This document shows, piece by piece, positions 63,731 through 64,000 of a DNA stretch of 64,000 nucleotides. The notes under the pieces are model-generated. The model saw only the letters and a list, made by a program, of their open reading frames with translations. It did no database searches and had not been told where the DNA came from. Within the stretch, counting starts at the first letter, position 1. Every line of letters starts with the position of its first letter. This stretch comes from Lama glama (taxonomy: Eukaryota): assembly GCA_028534125.1 (NCBI GenBank), contig CM052818.1, forward strand, positions 2,544,001 to 2,608,000, in the 5' to 3' direction. The position numbers were made by a program, and so were the translations under genes.

Positions 63731-64000
63731 ACTCTTAAATCATTATTGCATTGTTCAGCCCAGCACCTGCTTGTCAGTGGCAGTTACACGTGCACACACA
63801 AGCACCCAGGCCGACTTTACTCTGCACTCGTGTGAATCTGCGTAACCCGGAGTAACCAGAAGTGGGCTGGGGAAGAGGAAAGCCCTGGAGGCTGTTCTTG
63901 TAAGCCCAGAGAAGGAAGCGGTATTTTTACTACGCGCTTACAAAAAAAGTTTGGTTCTTTGTGGAGGATATTGGCAGAGACATAGACTGCTTGGCGAACT

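Noticed and set aside
1..64000. CRISPR arrays, operons or other prokaryote-type systems
   Set aside because: The sequence is clearly mammalian (spliced genes, LINEs/SINEs, CpG depletion) and no repeat-spacer array was seen.

Overview
Mammalian genomic DNA, most likely a camelid (alpaca/llama/camel). That inference rests on five tRNA-derived SINEs resembling camelid Vic-1 and on not seeing Alu, BovB or PRE-1 elements. The window holds two complete, convergent protein-coding genes. PAIP2B is on the + strand: CpG-island promoter ~14.3-15.6 kb, probable non-coding exon 1, three coding exons giving 123 aa with a C-terminal PAM2 motif, and a probable ~5.6 kb 3'UTR. NAGK is on the - strand: 10 coding exons, all GT-AG, 344 aa, with a CpG-island promoter at ~62.9-63.7 kb. 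The rest is mostly repeat-rich intergenic and intronic DNA (L1, L2, MIR, MaLR LTRs, hAT/Tigger DNA transposon relics) with one 500-N assembly gap. I found no evidence of a new gene or a new biological system. The most unusual structures are retrotransposon events inside PAIP2B introns: a 133-bp L1 3' end inserted antisense into the homologous 3'UTR of a young L1, making a ~130-bp hairpin, and a 5'-inverted (twin-primed) L1 carrying a nested younger L1. Also notable are a candidate 42-nt 5'UTR cassette exon, six co-oriented CCAAT boxes at PAIP2B, a CLEAR-type element at NAGK, and direct PAIP2B-NAGK adjacency without the MPHOSPH10/MCEE pair found between them in human. Repeat family names are by-eye recognition, not database hits.
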